Below, piece by piece: positions 29,687 through 41,536 of a DNA stretch of 64,000 bases. Position 1 is the first letter of the stretch; the number at the start of each line of letters is the position of its first letter. The position numbers and the translations under genes were made by a program. This DNA is from an uncultured delta proteobacterium (GTDB taxonomy: Bacteria; Myxococcota_A; Polyangia; Fen-1088). Location: assembly GCA_963767925.1 (NCBI GenBank), contig CAVYGB010000010.1, positions 352,001 to 416,000 of the forward strand. Direction: 5' to 3'. A model generated the notes under the pieces. The model had not been told where the DNA came from and made no database searches. It worked only from the letters and a program-made list of their open reading frames with translations.

Positions 29687-30376
29687 ATGAGCCTGGAGAT
29701 GAAGCCCCTGTGCGAACGTTGTAGCGCTGCCCTGCCCTCCGAAGCGGCCGCCTTCATCTGCAGCTTCGAGTGCACCTATTGCCCGGCCTGTGCGGAAGCC
29801 ATATCTCGCTGCCCGAACTGCGGCGGGGAGCTGGCCCCGCGACCCCGCCGCCAGGCCCGGCGCGCGGCGGCGGAGCCGGACGGCGGCGAGGCGCCGGCGA
29901 ACCGCATCGTCGAGGCCGATCTCGACCGGCCGGAGCACCAGCGGGCGGTGCTCGAGCTGACCGACGCCTATTCGCGCGACCCGATGGGCAGCGGACAGCC
30001 GCTCCCCGCGGATGTGCAGGCGGCTCTCGTGACGGGGCTGCGGCGGCACCCGACCAGCGTCATCCTGCTCGCGCAGGCGGGTGGACGGGCGGTGGGTTTG
30101 GCCACCTGCTTTCTCGGGTTCTCCACCTTCTCCGGCCGGCCCTTGCTCAACATCCACGATCTCGTGGTGCTGCCGGGGCAGCGCGGTCAGGGCGTCGGCC
30201 GTGACCTGCTGCAGGCGGCGGAGGCCAAGGCGCGCGCGCTGGGCTGCTGCAAGCTGACCCTGGAGGTCTTCGAGAACAACCACCGCGCGCGCCAGGTCTA
30301 CGCCGCCGCCGGGTTCGCCCAGGCCAGCTACACGACCGAGGCGGGCGGAGCGCTGTTCCTGGCCAAGCCGCTGTGA
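29687..30376 (+). CDS. DUF1272 domain fused to GNAT acetyltransferase
   Basis: LEMKPLCERC..ICSFECTYC..C..CPNCGGELAPRPRR, then FSTFSGRPLLNIHDL..RGQGVG..KLTLEV..N..A..Y. Confidence 0.88.
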   Translation: MSLEMKPLCERCSAALPSEAAAFICSFECTYCPACAEAISRCPNCGGELAPRPRRQARRAAAEPDGGEAPANRIVEADLDRPEHQRAVLELTDAYSRDPMGSGQPLPADVQAALVTGLRRHPTSVILLAQAGGRAVGLATCFLGFSTFSGRPLLNIHDLVVLPGQRGQGVGRDLLQAAEAKARALGCCKLTLEVFENNHRARQVYAAAGFAQASYTTEAGGALFLAKPL

Positions 30377-30474
30377 CGGCGCGCTGAGGGGGCTCCTCCC
30401 GGGCGCAGCTCCCCGGCCCCCGCGCGCACGCCGCCGCCGCGCCCGGGGCGGGTGGCTGGTACTCTGAGGCGGGT

Positions 30475-33492
<3,018 letters not shown>

Positions 33493-33612
33493 CCTCGCCT
33501 CCTACCCTCGAATCGTAATCGACTCGCCGGGGCCGGCAAAGAACGTCGCGGACCGATCTCCGGCACCGCCTGTAGCACGTTCGAGACCCGAAATATTCCG
33601 TGCTTTCCTTTC

Positions 33613-35148
33613 TCAGGGCGCCGATTGCAGCGGCGCTGGCTCCGCCGCGAAGGCCGGGTGGGCGTCCGTCCCGGCCAGGTAGCGCAGCGCCCGCCGGCCG
33701 GGCAAGAACAGGTAAGCCCCCCCGACGGTTGTCACGAAGCTGGGCAGGCCGAGCAGCCGCTTGCGGACCGGCTCGCCCTGGATGGTGAAGGTCCCCGACG
33801 AGGCCGGGTCGCCGGGGCGGGGCGGTGGCCCCACCAGCGGGTCGGCCTCGGCGTACAGCCCGTTGAATTTGGGGTTGTTGATCCAGGTGCTCTGCACGAA
33901 CTCGAACTGGCGGGCGATGCTGCTGTTGAGGGCGATGAAGGTCAGGCCCCGCTCCCCCAGCTCGGGGGCCGCCAGCATCGCTCGCGGCTCGAAGGCCGGG
34001 TCGAGCGGCTCGCCCCAGATCCGCCCCCGCCGCAGCAGCCGGCGCCGCCGGACCACCTCGTCCGAATCGGCCGGGGCCCCCTTCAGCCCGTCGCGCGGGT
34101 TGGCCCGGCGCACGTGGGCCCCGAGGGGACAGCGCAGGCCCTCGCGGTCCCCGCCGTAGCGGATGTCCTGCTGCCGCTCGCGGCCGGCGAGAGGATCGCC
34201 CCCGAGCAGCGACCGGCCGTCGAGACGCCGGCCCATCACCCGGGCGGCCACCTCCACGCCCTCGGGATCCTGCTTCGGGTCGCCCTGCTCGCGCATGTAG
34301 CGCCAGAAGGCGTGCACCTGTTGCCGGAGCTGCCGGAGCACGAGGTAGGTCCCGTTGCGCCCGAGATCGCGGCGGGGCAGCGGGTCCCCGGCGTGAGGGC
34401 CCTCGGGCTCCGCCATCACCGGCGTGAGGAGCTCGGCCAGCGGGCCGCCATCGGGCACGGACGGCGACCCCGGCCGGCGGCCATAGGCGTTGGGGTAGCC
34501 CAGCAGCAGCTCGCCGAGGGGGACCCGGTCGGCGGTGTCCTTCTCCGGAACCTCTTCGACCCCGATCTCCGCCTCCCTGACCTTCGGGTCGAGCTCGCGG
34601 AAGTAGGGCTGCGAGCGGCCGTCCAGGAAGCCGAAGTGTTCCTTGTCCGCCACCCGGGCCTCGATCTCGGCGACGACCGAGAGCTCGGTCCGGAGGGCCC
34701 GGAGCTCGGCCTGCAGCTCCGCTTGCCGCTCCGGCGCGGCAAAGAGGAACAGCACCCCGTGCACGCGCGCCTGGTCGGGGGCGCCCCAGCGCCAGTGGCG
34801 GGGGTCGGAGGGGCCCAGGTCCCCCAGCAGCCGCTGGCGGTGCGCGGTGGTCATGCCCTCGGCGAACTCCCGGGAGAAGGTCTTCAGGCTGTCCTCGGCG
34901 AGGCCAAGCGCGCGCAGGCCCTCGGCGGTGAAGGCCACGTTGATCACCAGCGCCTCCGTCGGGGCCGCGTCCGACTGCACCGCGGCCACCCGCGGGCAGA
35001 GGCCGGCCAGCCAGCGTCGAGCCCGGCCCGGATCTTCGGGCAGGGCGAAGACGACGTACCAGCCGGGAAAGCCCTGGTAGGCATGGCCCACCAGCCCCTG
35101 CACGTCCTCCAGCGGGACCTCCTCGGCGTCTACAGCAAGGCCAGCCAT
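33613..35148 (-). CDS. Dyp-type (dye-decolorizing) peroxidase
   Basis: DVQGL, EHFGFLDGRSQP (GxxDG), NGTYLVLRQLRQ, CPLGAHVRRANPRD, RLLRRG, QFEFVQ, GGAYLFLP. Confidence 0.93.
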   Translation of the reverse strand: MAGLAVDAEEVPLEDVQGLVGHAYQGFPGWYVVFALPEDPGRARRWLAGLCPRVAAVQSDAAPTEALVINVAFTAEGLRALGLAEDSLKTFSREFAEGMTTAHRQRLLGDLGPSDPRHWRWGAPDQARVHGVLFLFAAPERQAELQAELRALRTELSVVAEIEARVADKEHFGFLDGRSQPYFRELDPKVREAEIGVEEVPEKDTADRVPLGELLLGYPNAYGRRPGSPSVPDGGPLAELLTPVMAEPEGPHAGDPLPRRDLGRNGTYLVLRQLRQQVHAFWRYMREQGDPKQDPEGVEVAARVMGRRLDGRSLLGGDPLAGRERQQDIRYGGDREGLRCPLGAHVRRANPRDGLKGAPADSDEVVRRRRLLRRGRIWGEPLDPAFEPRAMLAAPELGERGLTFIALNSSIARQFEFVQSTWINNPKFNGLYAEADPLVGPPPRPGDPASSGTFTIQGEPVRKRLLGLPSFVTTVGGAYLFLPGRRALRYLAGTDAHPAFAAEPAPLQSAP

Positions 35149-36707
35149 TCCCGCCCCTCCTGCTCGGTCCGCAGGCCCCGGGAGAGACCCAGACGGATCC
35201 GGCTGTTCTGGTTGATGTTGTCGACGGTGAGCGACTTGTAGGCGCTGTACCAGAGCGCGGTGGGGACCTGCCGGTCGCGGGAGTAGGCCTTGAAGGCCTC
35301 CTCGTCCGCCGCTCCGCCGCCGCTGAGGTAGGAGGTCCGGGGGAAGCCCACGCAGTTGCTCCAGATGGAGGTCAACCCGCCGTGCGCCTTGTCGACGAAC
35401 TCGCCGAGGTAGGCCTCCCAGCTCCCGTCGAAGTTGCTGAAGAACAGCAGCCGGCGCCCGCCGTCGACGATCGCCCAGCGGGCAAAGTGAATCGACTCGA
35501 TCTTGCCCAGCTTGCCCTCGACGTACAGCCACCGGCTGGACATGGAGAACAGGTGCAGCACCCCGCGCAGCACCGCCCGGCGGAACCACAGCGGTTGCTT
35601 CAGGAAGATGACGCTGCTCATCTGGTTCTGGTGGACCTGGTCCTCGTCGGCCGCCAGCGCGCGGGCATGAACCGGGTCGCGCTGGATGATGACCCTGTCG
35701 TTGTCCGACAGGTGCCCCAGGTAGCAGTAGGCCAGCCAACCTCCCACCGCCAGCAACGAACCGACGGTGGCGAAGCCGGCCCAGAAGCCCCACCAGCCGC
35801 TCCGACCGGCCAGGAGGGCGAAGCACAGAGCGGTCAGCAGCACCGGCAAGACGACCAGCCCGGCGGCCAGGGCCCCGAAGATCGAGGACGGCAACCTGGC
35901 CGAGCGGTCCCGCAGCAGGCGGACCCACAGCGGCGGTCGCGGCAGGCCAGCCACCGGCCGCACCGCCCAGCCGAAGCGCGGATCCTTGCCGATCGCCTCC
36001 CGGAGACGCTGGCAGAGGTCGAGCGCGGAGGGGGGCGACTGGCGCTCGCCGAGCGCCTGGTCCAGCAGCTCCTGGATGTGGGTGCGGAGGGCGTCCTCGC
36101 GCCGGATCTGGTGGACCGACCGGCCCGGGGTGCCCACGAACTCGGTGTGCGAACGCCGGCGGTGCGCGAGGAGGAAGGCCCGCAGGTCCTCGGCCCGCGT
36201 CCAGCCGGCACAGTGCTGGAACAGGCGGCCGAGGCCGTCGCCAGCCACGGTCACCAGCTCGTCCAGATGGCGGCCCAGCGGCCCGTCGAAGTCGGTGGCG
36301 AACACGAGCTGGGCCGGGAGGGGTGGCTGGTTGGACCCGCCCTCGACGAGCAGCCCCTCCGGGCGCGGGTGAAGCAGGGCCCGGGCGAAGTGCACCGTCT
36401 CGAGCCGCAGGAAGGGGATCGGGCCATCGATCTCCAGGTCGCCGGCCGGATGGGCCAGGTCGTGCAGGACCGCCTGCAGCGGCGCGACCCGATCGGCCGG
36501 CACGTCGGCGATCACCAGCAAGGCGCGCTGGCGGTGGCGGTTGTCGCCCGGATGGGCGTCGGCCCGCTCCGCGCGGGCCACCTGATCCAGCGCCTGCCTG
36601 ACGCGCTCGCGGCGATCGGCGGACGTCGGTGGGATCAAGCGGGACCGGGCCAGGACCGACGGTTCCGCCTGGTCTGGACCGAACGTGACGATTCCGGCGC
36701 TGTCCAT
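35130..36707 (-). CDS. Dyp-associated hypothetical membrane protein with two internally similar domains
   Basis: VHFAR..LVFATDFDG and IHFARW..LLFFSNFDG flank two TM helices; overlaps the Dyp start. Confidence 0.75.
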   Translation of the reverse strand: MDSAGIVTFGPDQAEPSVLARSRLIPPTSADRRERVRQALDQVARAERADAHPGDNRHRQRALLVIADVPADRVAPLQAVLHDLAHPAGDLEIDGPIPFLRLETVHFARALLHPRPEGLLVEGGSNQPPLPAQLVFATDFDGPLGRHLDELVTVAGDGLGRLFQHCAGWTRAEDLRAFLLAHRRRSHTEFVGTPGRSVHQIRREDALRTHIQELLDQALGERQSPPSALDLCQRLREAIGKDPRFGWAVRPVAGLPRPPLWVRLLRDRSARLPSSIFGALAAGLVVLPVLLTALCFALLAGRSGWWGFWAGFATVGSLLAVGGWLAYCYLGHLSDNDRVIIQRDPVHARALAADEDQVHQNQMSSVIFLKQPLWFRRAVLRGVLHLFSMSSRWLYVEGKLGKIESIHFARWAIVDGGRRLLFFSNFDGSWEAYLGEFVDKAHGGLTSIWSNCVGFPRTSYLSGGGAADEEAFKAYSRDRQVPTALWYSAYKSLTVDNINQNSRIRLGLSRGLRTEQEGREWLALL

Positions 36708-36758
36708 GGCCCCCTCCTGCCGCAAGAAACTCTCCTATCGAGAAACGTGGACCCGCCC

Positions 36759-37328
36759 CTAGATTCCCGCCTCTCGCCGAAACGACCTTCCTGGGATCCG
36801 CCGGGCCCGGGCTGCGACCGGCTCGGTCTGGCCGCTGATCCGCCGCATCATCCGCCGCGCCCGCAGCAGCCGGGTCCCGACCGTGCTCACCGGAATGGAG
36901 AGGCGCCGCGCGATTTCGCTATACCGCAGGCCGCCGCGCGCGTGCAGCTCGAGCACCGCCCGGTAGTCGCGGGGCAGACGGGCCAGCAGCTCGTCGACCC
37001 GGGCCAGGGTGCCCAGCAGGAGGTTCTCCCGGTCTTCGCGCTCCCGGTCGGGCTCGGTGGCGGGCAGGTCGGTCAACGGAGTCAGGGTGACGTTGCGGTT
37101 GCGGCGGTGCCGGTCGATCATCAACCGTTGCATCATCGTCGCCAGCCAGGCCTGCAGGTCGGATCCGGGCGTGAACCGGTGCAAGTTGCGCAGGGCGCGT
37201 TCCAGCGTGTCCTGGACCAGGTCCTCGCAATCCGGCAGGTTGCGGCCGGCGAGCCGCCAGGCCCGCTCGCGCAGAAACCGTTGCAGGTTGCGAGCCCCCA
37301 GGCTCGTCGTCTCCGTCCGGTCGTTCAT
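36759..37328 (-). CDS. ECF RNA polymerase sigma factor
   Basis: EDLVQDTLERA, AWL, GLRYSEIARRLSIPVSTVGTRLLRAR. Confidence 0.9.
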   Translation of the reverse strand: MNDRTETTSLGARNLQRFLRERAWRLAGRNLPDCEDLVQDTLERALRNLHRFTPGSDLQAWLATMMQRLMIDRHRRNRNVTLTPLTDLPATEPDREREDRENLLLGTLARVDELLARLPRDYRAVLELHARGGLRYSEIARRLSIPVSTVGTRLLRARRMMRRISGQTEPVAARARRIPGRSFRREAGI

Positions 37329-37407
37329 GGTCGTCGTTCCCCCCTCTGTCGATCTCCGGCTGAAACAACAGCTACCGCGCGACCGCCGGGGGCGAAATGG
37401 TACGGAT

Positions 37408-37440
37408 GTACCGGTGTCCGGACGGTGGGTACCGGTATCC
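37408..37440. promoter_or_regulatory. Direct repeat GTACCGGT(G/A)TCC x2 with 21-bp periodicity in a divergent promoter region
   Basis: Copies at 37408-37419 and 37429-37440, 11/12 identical. Confidence 0.5.
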
Positions 37441-37447
37441 TCGACCC

Positions 37448-38284
37448 ATGAGATTTTCACTCGTGCAGGCCCTGGCGGAGCTGCTCGGGCTGCTGGTCGG
37501 ACTGGCGCTGGCGCCGGTGGTGGCGCTCCGGACCCGGATGCGGCGCCGGCACCTTTTTCACGGGGACGGACGGCTGCTCGAGGGGGAGATGATCGCACCG
37601 CCGCCGGCCGGGTTACCCCCCGAGCTGCGGCCGTTCGCCCAGGCCATCGCGGGGGTGGCCCGGGTCCGCTTCTCCTGGGCCGGGGGGACGCCGGGAGCGA
37701 GGCCGGCGGGCGAGAAGCGACGGGCGAAGATCCTCGGGCTCAGCCTGCAGCTCGGCAACCCGCAGTGGCCGCAGCACCTGCTGCTCGCCACCCTCCGCTT
37801 CCGCAAGCCGCGCATCCCCGGCAACCCCGACGACTTCCTCGATCCGGACAACGTCTACGCGACGGTGCTGCGCCACCAGCTCCGGCAGGTGGGCGGCGTG
37901 TACCTGAGAGCGCGCCCGCTGCGCAAGCTGACCGGAGAGGGGGCGTTCGACATCCTGGAGCGCGCCACCCAGGGGACCGGCCCGCACCTCTGCCTGGAGC
38001 TGGCCCTGGCCCGGGAGCGGGAGCGCTGGGTGCCGGTGGGGCTCATCCGGCTGCGTCGCCTGCTGCCGGTCGGGGCGCGGCCGGCGGCCGACGTCTACAG
38101 CGATCGCGCGCTGTCGCCGGCCCTGTCCCCCTTCGCCGCCGCAGCCGGGCTGCGCACGCTGGGCTTCCTCGCCGGGCTCCGCCGCATCCTCTACCCGGTC
38201 TCCCGCTGGGGGCGCCAGCCGCGCGCCGCCGAGAAGAGCAGCGGCGCGCTGCCGATCAAGGGGGGGCGCTCAGCAGCGACTTGA
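37448..38284 (+). CDS. Hypothetical protein, possibly degenerate catalase-like fold
   Basis: N-terminal hydrophobic segment; R.RHLFHGDG, ARVRFS, ILGLSLQL, QHLLLAT resemble small catalase-related proteins. Confidence 0.45.
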   Translation: MRFSLVQALAELLGLLVGLALAPVVALRTRMRRRHLFHGDGRLLEGEMIAPPPAGLPPELRPFAQAIAGVARVRFSWAGGTPGARPAGEKRRAKILGLSLQLGNPQWPQHLLLATLRFRKPRIPGNPDDFLDPDNVYATVLRHQLRQVGGVYLRARPLRKLTGEGAFDILERATQGTGPHLCLELALARERERWVPVGLIRLRRLLPVGARPAADVYSDRALSPALSPFAAAAGLRTLGFLAGLRRILYPVSRWGRQPRAAEKSSGALPIKGGRSAAT

Positions 38285-40331
38285 CCATGGCGAACCCCGC
38301 GGCGTTACCCGCGACCTGACCGTCCATCACCTTCATCGACGCCGCCGAGAGGGCCCAGCCGAGCGGGACGTCGGCGGTGTCATCCGAGAGGCTGATATCG
38401 ATGTGAGCGCCCCGCTGGGTGCGCAGGGCCCGGTGCCGCCCCGGCGCCTCTTCGCTCTCCAGCAGGTCGCGAAACAGGCTCACCCGGGCCAGCTCACCGC
38501 GGGCGGCGCGGGTGTTGAAGAGGGCCACCGGCGGCCCGGTCACCTCGGTGAGCAGACGGATGATCCCGCCCGATGCGCTGGTGGACCGGCGGCTGTTCTG
38601 CAGGGAGAGCACCACCGGGTAGAACCGGTGCTGCCAGCCTCGCTGCTCGACCACCTTCCGCACGCTGGCCAGGACGTCGGCCGCGGTGGCCGCCCCCGAG
38701 TTCTCGAAGTAGCCGCCGTCGACCAGGTGCCGGGCCTCGCCCCCCTCCCACACCTTGCCGGGCGGGCTGACGTAGGGGAAGCGGGCGCTCAGGTGGGCCG
38801 CCACGCTGGCGCTGACGGGTGCCTGCAAGACGACCAGGCCATCCTCGACGTCGCAGAAGAAGCGGGGATCGAGCCGCAGGTTGGACAGCACCACCCGCGA
38901 CCCGCGCTCGGCCGAGGTGGCGTTGAGAAACAGGCTGGGCCGCTCGCGGAGCTCGTCGCCTTGCCACAGCGCCAGGAACGGCTTCGCCAGCCGGTCGCTG
39001 CCGGCGTGCTGGAACCAGGCCCGCTCCCAGCCCAGCTCGAGCGCGGCGGCCCGGTCGGGGCCCCAGAGCCAGGGGACGAACAGGCGGGCGACATCGGGGA
39101 ACAGCAGCGCGGCGAGCAGCGGCGACACGAAGTCCTCGCCCAGCACCCGCTTGGCGAGGCAGACATGTCTTCCCGTGGGCCCGCAGCCCTCCGGCTGCAG
39201 CCGTTCGCCGTCGGCCAGCATCCCGGCGAAGAGCAAGCCGCCGAGCGATCCGCCCGACACGCCGCTGATGGCGTAGACGTGGCGGCCGAAGCTGGGGTTG
39301 TCGTCCTGCAGCCGGGCCAGCGCGCTGGCGGTCCAGTAGGCCGCCCGGATCCCGCCCCCCTCGGCGTGCACGACGAACACCGGGACCGGCGCGGTGCTGC
39401 TGGCCCCCCGCTCGGCCAGGCGGGCCTCGAACCACTTCGGGAAGTCCTCCGCGATGCGCTCGCGCGGGGCCGCTTCCCCCGACAGCGTGCGCACCGGGTG
39501 CGGGTTGCCGGTCAGGCTGATGATCACCAGCAGCAGCAGCGCCAGCAGCCCGAACGGCACCCGCAGGTGGTCGGAGAGCGCGGCGAGCGTCGATCCGAAC
39601 GCCACCGCCAGGGCCAGCGCCGTCACCACCACCGCCAGCGCCCCGCTGTGGCCCCCGAACCAGAGCGGCGCCGCCGCCACCGCCGCAACCAGGAGCACCG
39701 AGAGCGCCACCGCCCCGCCCACCACCCGCCAGGTGACGGGCTGGTAGCGCACCGGGTGGTCGGGGGTGGCCACGGGCGGCTGCCGCCAGGTGTCGCCATC
39801 GCGCCCGCGGCGGCGGCGGACGATCGCCAGGAAGATGACCGCGCCGACAAGGAAACCGCCGGCCAGCAGCCACATGCTCCAGCGCAGCCCCTGCCCGTCG
39901 GCGCCCCCCATGACGTCGTGGTGGTGCCGCGCAGCCAGGACGAACCCTCCTCCGACGATGACGAAGGTGGCGCTGCCCATCAGCCGGGGGACCCAGGTGG
40001 CCACGCGCCTGTCGACGCCGTGGGGCAAATAGAGGCGAACGCGGGCGAAGTACCAGGTCGCCGTGGCCCAGCCGATCATGGCCACGAAGAACGCCGCCAC
40101 CCGGGAGTCCTCCCGGAAGCCCCAGGGACGCGGCCGCCCCAGCTCGTGCAGCAGATCATGGCCCTGATCCAGCCCCAGGAATACGACCGCGCCGGCGACC
40201 AGCACCAGCAGGGGCGCCCGGAGCACCTTCAGCGTGTGCCAGGTGGCACGGATCGAGCGCCCCAGACCCACCCACCCCGCCCCCTCACCCGGCTGCGCCT
40301 CCGGATTACCTCGCTCACCGTCATGTGGCAT
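38256..40331 (-). CDS. Multi-TM protein with C-terminal patatin-like (FabD/lysophospholipase) domain
   Basis: AEGGGIRAAYW, ISGVSGGS (GxSxG), LNAT, SARFP, LVDGGYFENSG. Confidence 0.85.
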   Translation of the reverse strand: MPHDGERGNPEAQPGEGAGWVGLGRSIRATWHTLKVLRAPLLVLVAGAVVFLGLDQGHDLLHELGRPRPWGFREDSRVAAFFVAMIGWATATWYFARVRLYLPHGVDRRVATWVPRLMGSATFVIVGGGFVLAARHHHDVMGGADGQGLRWSMWLLAGGFLVGAVIFLAIVRRRRGRDGDTWRQPPVATPDHPVRYQPVTWRVVGGAVALSVLLVAAVAAAPLWFGGHSGALAVVVTALALAVAFGSTLAALSDHLRVPFGLLALLLLVIISLTGNPHPVRTLSGEAAPRERIAEDFPKWFEARLAERGASSTAPVPVFVVHAEGGGIRAAYWTASALARLQDDNPSFGRHVYAISGVSGGSLGGLLFAGMLADGERLQPEGCGPTGRHVCLAKRVLGEDFVSPLLAALLFPDVARLFVPWLWGPDRAAALELGWERAWFQHAGSDRLAKPFLALWQGDELRERPSLFLNATSAERGSRVVLSNLRLDPRFFCDVEDGLVVLQAPVSASVAAHLSARFPYVSPPGKVWEGGEARHLVDGGYFENSGAATAADVLASVRKVVEQRGWQHRFYPVVLSLQNSRRSTSASGGIIRLLTEVTGPPVALFNTRAARGELARVSLFRDLLESEEAPGRHRALRTQRGAHIDISLSDDTADVPLGWALSAASMKVMDGQVAGNAAGFAMVKSLLSAPP

Positions 40332-40360
40332 GTCTTTCCCCTCATCCTCCGGCCGATGGC

Positions 40361-41536
40361 CTACAGCAAGAACGGGCCGGCCCGGGAAAGTTTCCCGGGG
40401 CCCGCGCGCTCCCGTCCGAGGTGGGGGACGTGGCGGCGGCGCCAGAAGGGGTGGCCGGGCCAGCGCTGCTCGAGGCCGTAGTAGAGCGCGCGCTCGCGGC
40501 GGTAGATCGACCACTCGCGGTCGCGATCGATCTCGTAGGCGGCCAGCGCCTGCGGGCCGGCGCCCTCCAGGAGGGCGAGGGTGGTGCGGACGGCGGCGGC
40601 GGCGGTCCGGAGGGCGCGGACCACGCCGCTGCCCGAGACCGGATCCACCGCCAGAGCGGCGTCGCCGACGGCGAGCCAGGGGCCGGGCGCGTGTGCCCGG
40701 CGGAGGCGCTGGCTCACCGCCGAGACAACCCGGGGGAGCTCCCGGGGGGCGGCGCCGCGGGTGCGGGCCTGAGTGGCGGCGGCGCGGTCGAGCCCCACCC
40801 GCCAGGAGGCCACCGCCGCTGCCCGATCCGAGGCCAGGAGGTCAGCGTCGGTCATCAACATGGCCACCAGGCCGTCGCCGGGCACGGGCGCGGAATACCA
40901 CCACCCCGCCTCCGCCGCCTCGACGAGCGTGTAGCCCTGGTCGCCGCCCGCGATGCCCTCGAACGGCGCGGCCACGGCCACCAGGCGGTCGAGCAAGCGC
41001 CGGCGGGCTTTCAGCCGGCGGGCCAGGCTGGCGGTCCGCCCGGTGGCGTCGACGACAACCGCTGCCTGCAGCGAACCCGGACCCTCCGGCCCGGCGAGGT
41101 AGAGCCGCCAGAGGTCGCCGGCGCGCTCGCAGCCCTGCACGGCGGTGCCGAGCCGCAGATCCGCCCCGGCGGCGGCCGCCCCTTCCGCCAGCATGCGGTC
41201 GAAGGCCAGGCGGTCGACGTGCCAGCCGCAGGCATAGGGCGACATCAGGTGCGAGTGGACATTTTCGGCCTCGGCCCCCCAGACGCTGCGGGTGCCCCAG
41301 GAAGGCATGGGGCCGAGGGCGGTGAAGGCGTCCCACAGCTCCAGCGCGCGCAACAGCGGCTGCACGGCGGGCGCCAGCGACTCGCCGATCCGGGGCTGAT
41401 CGAAGCGGGATCGCTCGAGCAGGACGACCCGCCGGCCGGCGCGGGCCAGGCCGCGCGCGGTGGCGGCTCCGGCGGGGCCAGCGCCGACAACCGCGACGTC
41501 ATAGCGGTCGTCGCCCGGTTCATGCGACTTGCTCAT
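40361..41536 (-). CDS. LodB/GoxB-like FAD-dependent oxidoreductase (CTQ maturation flavoprotein)
   Basis: VVGAGPAG, IGESL, GWHVDR..FD, DATGR, GWWYSAP, AVGDAA..DPVSGSG, Y..EQRW...PFWRRR; ATGA overlap with the lodA-like gene. Confidence 0.9.
   Translation of the reverse strand: MSKSHEPGDDRYDVAVVGAGPAGAATARGLARAGRRVVLLERSRFDQPRIGESLAPAVQPLLRALELWDAFTALGPMPSWGTRSVWGAEAENVHSHLMSPYACGWHVDRLAFDRMLAEGAAAAGADLRLGTAVQGCERAGDLWRLYLAGPEGPGSLQAAVVVDATGRTASLARRLKARRRLLDRLVAVAAPFEGIAGGDQGYTLVEAAEAGWWYSAPVPGDGLVAMLMTDADLLASDRAAAVASWRVGLDRAAATQARTRGAAPRELPRVVSAVSQRLRRAHAPGPWLAVGDAALAVDPVSGSGVVRALRTAAAAVRTTLALLEGAGPQALAAYEIDRDREWSIYRRERALYYGLEQRWPGHPFWRRRHVPHLGRERAGPGKLSRAGPFLL

Noticed and set aside
40361..41536. 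Tryptophan halogenase / halogenated metabolite cluster
   Set aside because: GWWYSAP replaces the WxWxIP halogenase motif, and coupling to a lodA-like gene indicates a LodB role
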